From assembly GCA_964371305.1 (NCBI GenBank), contig CAYJLA010000002.1, positions 6,236 through 70,235 on the forward strand: a DNA stretch of 64,000 nucleotides, given 5' to 3'. Source of the DNA: an uncultured Staphylococcaceae bacterium. GTDB taxonomy: Bacteria; Bacillota_I; Bacilli_A; RFN20; CAG-826. Shown here in pieces: positions 59,794 to 64,000 of the stretch. The translations under genes and the position numbers were made by a program. The notes under the pieces were generated by a model, which was not told the DNA's origin, ran no database searches, and saw only the letters and a program-made list of their open reading frames with translations. The stretch's first letter is position 1. Every line of letters starts with the position of its first letter.

Positions 59794-60090
59794 ATGGGAC
59801 GTAGTTTGAAAAAAGGACCATTCGTTGATGAACATTTAATGAAAAAGGTCGAAGCGTTAAACGCAAGCGGTCGCAAAGAAGTCATTAAAACTTGGTCAAG
59901 AAGAAGTACAATATTTCCACAATTCGTGGAACATACCTTTGCAGTTTACAACGGACGTGAACATATCACAGTTTATGTAACTGAAGATATGGTTGGACAC
60001 AAGTTAGGAGAATTCTCTCCAACTCGTACATATCACGGACACACAGGGCATACAGCTGAAGATAAAGCAGCTCACGCCTCAAAAAGATAG
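59794..60090 (+). CDS. rpsS: 30S ribosomal protein S19
   Basis: [11 protein letters not shown]... Confidence 0.95.
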   Translation: MGRSLKKGPFVDEHLMKKVEALNASGRKEVIKTWSRRSTIFPQFVEHTFAVYNGREHITVYVTEDMVGHKLGEFSPTRTYHGHTGHTAEDKAAHASKR

Positions 60091-60100
60091 GAGGTAAGTT

Positions 60101-60514
60101 ATGGCAACTAAAAAAGAAACAGCAACTAAAAAAGTAGCTAAAAAAGAAAAAGTTGAAGAAGTAGCCACAAAACCAATGGTTACTGAAGCAAGTGCAACTG
60201 CTTATGACTTACGTGTTACTCCTCGTAAAGCAAGATTAGTAATTGATTTAGTAAGAGGTAAAGACGTTAGCGTTGCACTCGGCATTCTTGCAAATACTAA
60301 TAAAGCAGCATCACCATTAGTCGCAAAGATCATTAAATCAGCTTGCGCTAATGCAGTTAATAACTTCGGTATGGATGCAAACAGTTTATATGTTGCAACT
60401 ATCTATGCTAATGAAGGTATTAGAATGAAAAGATATCTCCCACGTGCTAAAGGTTCAGCATCTGGGTTAGTAAAAAGAAACAGCCACATCACAGTAGTGG
60501 TAAAAGGAAGGTAG
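60101..60514 (+). CDS. rplV: 50S ribosomal protein L22 (Lys-rich ~28-aa N-terminal extension)
   Basis: core ...RVTPRKARLVIDLVRGK...; extension TKKETATKKVAKKEKVEEV. Confidence 0.9.
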   Translation: MATKKETATKKVAKKEKVEEVATKPMVTEASATAYDLRVTPRKARLVIDLVRGKDVSVALGILANTNKAASPLVAKIIKSACANAVNNFGMDANSLYVATIYANEGIRMKRYLPRAKGSASGLVKRNSHITVVVKGR

Positions 60515-60518
60515 TAAT

Positions 60519-61196
60519 ATGGGTCAAAAAGTAAGTCCAATAGGTTTGCGTGTAGGTGTTACACGTGGATGGAATTCAAGATGGTTTGCTGAAGGAAAAG
60601 ACTTCGCTACATTCTTAGGAGAAGACATTAAAATTCGTAGATTCCTTGTTAAGAGCCTTAAAGATGCGATGTTATCACATGTTGATATTGAACGCGTTAA
60701 AACAGATAAGGGTGTTGAAGCTAATGTCATTTGTCACGTAGCTCGTCCAGGTGTTGTAATCGGACAAGATGGTGCAAACATTAATAAAATTAAAAAACAG
60801 TTATCAAAACTCGTCACTGATGGAAACGTTAGAATGACAGTTGTTGATGTAACTAATCCAGATTTGGATGCTCAACTTGTAGCATATTGGATTGCACACG
60901 AACTTGAAAATCGTGCTAGCTTCCGTACAGTACAAAAGAAAGCTATTCAAAGAGTTAGAAAAGCTGGAGCAAAAGGTTGTAGAACAATCGTATCAGGCCG
61001 TTTAGGTGGTGCTGACATTGCTCGTGGCGAAGGATATAAAGAAGGTATTATACCTCTACATACATTAAGAAGTAACATTGATTATGCTACTGCTGAAGCT
61101 CATACAACATATGGTAGACTTGGCGTCAAAGTATGGATTTGTTTGGGCGATGTTAAAGATGAAAAGGTAGAAGCCAAGAAGGGAGAGCGTGAATAA
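60519..61196 (+). CDS. rpsC: 30S ribosomal protein S3
   Basis: [13 protein letters not shown]... Confidence 0.95.
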   Translation: MGQKVSPIGLRVGVTRGWNSRWFAEGKDFATFLGEDIKIRRFLVKSLKDAMLSHVDIERVKTDKGVEANVICHVARPGVVIGQDGANINKIKKQLSKLVTDGNVRMTVVDVTNPDLDAQLVAYWIAHELENRASFRTVQKKAIQRVRKAGAKGCRTIVSGRLGGADIARGEGYKEGIIPLHTLRSNIDYATAEAHTTYGRLGVKVWICLGDVKDEKVEAKKGERE

Positions 61197-61609
61197 TGTT
61201 ACAACCAAAAAGAGTTAAGTATCGTAGACCTCATGGTATTAAATATGAAGGTAAAGCAAAAGGCGGTACTGAAATTAACTTTGGCGATTGCGCATTAGTT
61301 GCTTTAGAAGGTGATTGGATCACAGCTCGTCAAATTGAATCTGCTCGTAAGGTGTTAAGTAGAGCTACAAACCGTGCTGGTCAAGTATGGATTCGTATCT
61401 TCCCACATCTTGCAAAAACAAAAAAACCTGCTGAAGTTCGTATGGGTAGCGGTAAAGGTTCTCCAGAAGAATGGGTATCAGTAGTTAAAACAGGCCGTAT
61501 CTTATTTGAAATCGGTGGTGTTAACAAGGAAATTGCATGCGAAGCGCTTAGGCTTGCAGCATACAAACTTCCTATTAAATGTAAAGTAATCACAAAGGAG
61601 GTTAAATAA
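61196..61609 (+). CDS. rplP: 50S ribosomal protein L16
   Basis: [13 protein letters not shown]... Confidence 0.95.
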   Translation: MLQPKRVKYRRPHGIKYEGKAKGGTEINFGDCALVALEGDWITARQIESARKVLSRATNRAGQVWIRIFPHLAKTKKPAEVRMGSGKGSPEEWVSVVKTGRILFEIGGVNKEIACEALRLAAYKLPIKCKVITKEVK

Positions 61610-61611
61610 CT

Positions 61612-61812
61612 ATGATGAAGGTAGCTGAAGTAAGAGAATTCTCAACTGAAGAATTAAACGAAAAACTTTACTTCTTAAAAGAAGAGTTATTCAATCTTCG
61701 TCGTAAAAAAGCTGTTGGACAGCTTGAACGTGGTGAAGAAATTAGAAGAGTTCGTAAGGAAATTGCTAAAGTATTAACAGTTATCCGTGAACGCGAACTT
61801 GGAATCAAATAA
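61612..61812 (+). CDS. rpmC: 50S ribosomal protein L29
   Basis: 66 aa, conserved L29 pattern. Confidence 0.9.
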   Translation: MMKVAEVREFSTEELNEKLYFLKEELFNLRRKKAVGQLERGEEIRRVRKEIAKVLTVIRERELGIK

Positions 61813-61826
61813 GGAGGATGATCAAG

Positions 61827-62111
61827 ATGGAACAAAGATTATCACGTACTACATTCCAAGGTGTTGTAGTCAGTAATAAATGCGACAAAACAATCGTCGT
61901 ATTAGTCGAAACTCATAAAAAACATCCTATGTATTCAAAAAGAGTTAAATATGCTAAAAAATATTATGCTCATGATGAAGAAAATAAGGCAAATATTGGT
62001 GATACAGTCACAATTATGGGTTGCCGTAAATTATCAGCCACTAAAAGATTCCGTTTAGTAAGTATTGATAAATTAGCAGTTAGCGATGTAAAAGCAGCTG
62101 CAGCTGAGTAA
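61827..62111 (+). CDS. rpsQ: 30S ribosomal protein S17
   Basis: start set to ATG 61827 (9 nt after AAGGAGG; ORF-track ATG 61818 abuts the SD). Confidence 0.9.
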   Translation: MEQRLSRTTFQGVVVSNKCDKTIVVLVETHKKHPMYSKRVKYAKKYYAHDEENKANIGDTVTIMGCRKLSATKRFRLVSIDKLAVSDVKAAAAE

Positions 62112-62125
62112 GGAGGTAACAAAGT

Positions 62126-62500
62126 ATGGTTCAAAATGAAACAAATTTAATTGTTGCTGATAACTCAGGAGCAAAAAAAGTTCGTGTCTTCCGTTTATAT
62201 GGCGGAGGTAATCGTAAATCTAGTGGTATTGGAGATATCGTCTTATGTGCAGTTAAAGAAGCAATTCCTAATGCAAAAGTAAAAAAAGGTGATATTGTAA
62301 AAGTTATTATCGTTAGAACAAAGAAACACATTTTACGTGCTGATGGATCAAGTGTTAGGTTTGATGACAATGCTTGTGTCCTTATTAATAATGACGGAGC
62401 ACCAATCGGTACTCGTGTCTTTGGGCCAGTAGCTCGTGAACTTCGTGAAAAAGGTGAAGGATTTATGAAAATTATCTCCTTAGCACCAGAAGTATTATAA
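62126..62500 (+). CDS. rplN: 50S ribosomal protein L14
   Basis: [18 protein letters not shown]... Confidence 0.95.
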   Translation: MVQNETNLIVADNSGAKKVRVFRLYGGGNRKSSGIGDIVLCAVKEAIPNAKVKKGDIVKVIIVRTKKHILRADGSSVRFDDNACVLINNDGAPIGTRVFGPVARELREKGEGFMKIISLAPEVL

Positions 62501-62512
62501 GGAGAACTAATC

Positions 62513-62821
62513 ATGAAAATTAAACAAGGTGATAAAGTAATCGTTATAGCTGGTAAAGATAAGGGTAAGGAAGGAATTGTTCAAAAAGTCCACCCACATG
62601 TTGAAAAAGTAGTTGTTGAAGGTGTTGCAGTTCGTAAAAGACATAAAAAACCAACACAACAAACTCCTGAAGGTTCAATCGTGGAAATGTATGCACCAAT
62701 TCATGTATCAAATGTTGCAATTATCGATCCAAAAACTAAAAAACCAACTAGAGTCGGTTATAAAGTCGTTAAAGACAAAAAAGTACGCTATGCCAAAAAA
62801 TCAGGCACAGTACTAGATTAA
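62513..62821 (+). CDS. rplX: 50S ribosomal protein L24
   Basis: [21 protein letters not shown]... Confidence 0.95.
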   Translation: MKIKQGDKVIVIAGKDKGKEGIVQKVHPHVEKVVVEGVAVRKRHKKPTQQTPEGSIVEMYAPIHVSNVAIIDPKTKKPTRVGYKVVKDKKVRYAKKSGTVLD

Positions 62822-62835
62822 GGAGGAGTAAAACA

Positions 62836-63615
62836 ATGGTTGAAGAAATTAAAAAGACTACTGCAAAAAAAGCTCCTGCTAAAAAGGTAGCTGAAAAAGC
62901 AGAAACAACAAAAACTACAGCAGCTAAAAAAACTACAACAACAAAAACTACAGCAACTAAAAAAGCTCCTGCTAAAAAAGTTGAAGAAGTAGTAGCAGAA
63001 GTTAAGGTTGAAAAAGCTCCTGTTAAAAAGGCAGCAGCTAAAAAAGTTTCTAAAGGAAACAAAGTTGCAGCAAGAACAAACAGATTACATGAGAAATATA
63101 AATCAGTAATCGTTCCATTATTAATGGAAAAATATGGTTATAAATCAGTAATGGAAGTTCCTTCACTTAATAAAATCATTATTAATATCGGTGTTGGTGA
63201 AGCGACTCAAAACTCCAAATTACTTGATGATGCAGTTAAAGAATTAGAAGCTATTGCTGGTCAAAAACCAGTAGTTACTAAAGCTAAAAAGTCTATCGCG
63301 ACATTCAAACTTCGTGAAGGGCAAGCAATTGGTTGTAAAGTAACACTTCGTGGCATTAGAATGTATGAGTTCTTCGATAAACTCGTATCAATCCAACTCC
63401 CACGTGTTAGAGACTTCCGTGGCGTTAGCAAATCTGCATTCGATGGACGTGGTAACTATACATTAGGTATCAAAGAACAAGTTATGTTCACTGAAATCGA
63501 TTATGATAAAATCACAAAATTCAGAGGAATGGACATTGTAATCGTTACAACTGCCAAAACCGATGAAGAAGCATTCACACTCTTACAAGAAGCTGGAATG
63601 CCATTTGTAAGATAG
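62836..63615 (+). CDS. rplE: 50S ribosomal protein L5 with ~80-aa Lys/Ala/Thr-rich (histone-H1-like) N-terminal extension
   Basis: core from [28 protein letters not shown]...; no in-frame ATG between 62836 and the core; GGAGG RBS 9 nt upstream of 62836. Confidence 0.85.
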   Translation: MVEEIKKTTAKKAPAKKVAEKAETTKTTAAKKTTTTKTTATKKAPAKKVEEVVAEVKVEKAPVKKAAAKKVSKGNKVAARTNRLHEKYKSVIVPLLMEKYGYKSVMEVPSLNKIIINIGVGEATQNSKLLDDAVKELEAIAGQKPVVTKAKKSIATFKLREGQAIGCKVTLRGIRMYEFFDKLVSIQLPRVRDFRGVSKSAFDGRGNYTLGIKEQVMFTEIDYDKITKFRGMDIVIVTTAKTDEEAFTLLQEAGMPFVR

Positions 63616-63627
63616 GAGGAATGATCA

Positions 63628-63813
63628 ATGGCAAAAACAAGTAAAAAAATACGTTGTGAAAGACCACAAAAATTTAAGGTCCGTGAATACACACGTTGTC
63701 AACGCTGTGGTCGTCCACATGCTGTCTATTCAAAATTCAAATTATGCCGTATATGTATTAGAGAATTAGCCTATAAAGGTCAAATTCCAGGCTTAAAGAA
63801 ATCATCTTGGTAA
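63628..63813 (+). CDS. rpsN: 30S ribosomal protein S14 type Z (zinc-binding)
   Basis: 61 aa, CQRC...CRIC. Confidence 0.93.
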   Translation: MAKTSKKIRCERPQKFKVREYTRCQRCGRPHAVYSKFKLCRICIRELAYKGQIPGLKKSSW

Positions 63814-63828
63814 AGGAGGAAAATAACT

Positions 63829-64000
63829 ATGATGTCAGATCCAATTGCAGATATGCTCACTAGAATTCGCAATGCGAATGCTCTAAGACATGAATCTGTT
63901 GCTATGCCTAGTAGCAAAATGAAAGTCGAAATCGCTAAAATCCTCCACGAAGAAGGTTTCGTTAAAGGATACAAAATTAGCGGTGAAACAAAAAAAGAAC
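63829..64000 (+). CDS. rpsH: 30S ribosomal protein S8 (3' truncated by window end)
   Basis: [16 protein letters not shown]... Confidence 0.9.
   Translation, partial: MMSDPIADMLTRIRNANALRHESVAMPSSKMKVEIAKILHEEGFVKGYKISGETKKE

Noticed and set aside
62131-63062. Minus-strand ORFs 62131..62514 and 62769..63062 over rplN and rplX/rplE
   Set aside because: Antisense to universally conserved r-protein genes; the second is an Ala/Phe-rich reverse translation of the AKK-repeat region.

Overview
The window is low-GC (about 30%) and uses the standard genetic code; long ORFs are never interrupted by TGA, so TGA is a stop here. It carries Firmicutes/Tenericutes-type genes, many lipoproteins with L-x-x-C lipoboxes, and secreted proteins that end in a transmembrane helix plus a basic tail; no LPXTG sorting motif is seen. 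This suggests an Acholeplasma/Erysipelotrichia-like organism, which is inference only.

Gene order, left to right:
- A partial lipoprotein, then a divergent pair: DegV plus a stand-alone 2-oxoacid-dehydrogenase-E2/CAT-like acyltransferase.
- A three-gene module of a beta-helix (Cthe_2159-like) lipoprotein, a VTC/triphosphate-tunnel domain protein and a DUF4956 membrane protein, followed by a PfoR/EIIC-like membrane protein.
- pepT, a lipoprotein, a flavin-reductase-like protein and phosphoglucomutase.
- A convergent heterodimeric ABC exporter pair.
- A lipoprotein–GtrA–small Bud32/Kdo-kinase-like–prs operon.
- A queuosine salvage set: a candidate preQ1-I riboswitch upstream of queT, then tgt–queA–queH.
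- An orphan RelB/DinJ-type antitoxin whose sigma-A promoter is embedded in a perfect 12-bp inverted repeat.
- A large polysaccharide-utilisation-like locus (about 26.5–54.5 kb). It contains ribokinase, three paralogous secreted surface proteins, an SGNH-type esterase lipoprotein, two beta-helix glycosidase-like lipoproteins (one with two discoidin domains), a YesN/YesM-type two-component system, a truncated sensor-only paralogue, a sugar ABC importer, two tandem GH65 phosphorylases, a LacI regulator and beta-phosphoglucomutase.
- A TPR-membrane protein plus PP2C-like phosphatase pair.
- The S10–spc ribosomal protein operon (rpsJ through rpsH), preceded by a GC-rich leader. L5, L22 and L23 carry Lys/Ala-rich N-terminal extensions.

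The most interesting non-coding signal is a recurring direct-repeat element of about 35 bp. It has a GCAGTTTT(G/A)T-like core with half-sites 21–22 bp apart and recurs upstream of at least five genes of the carbohydrate locus; it is probably the regulon operator of the locus's AraC-type response regulator. No tRNA, rRNA, CRISPR array or obvious mobile element was detected.
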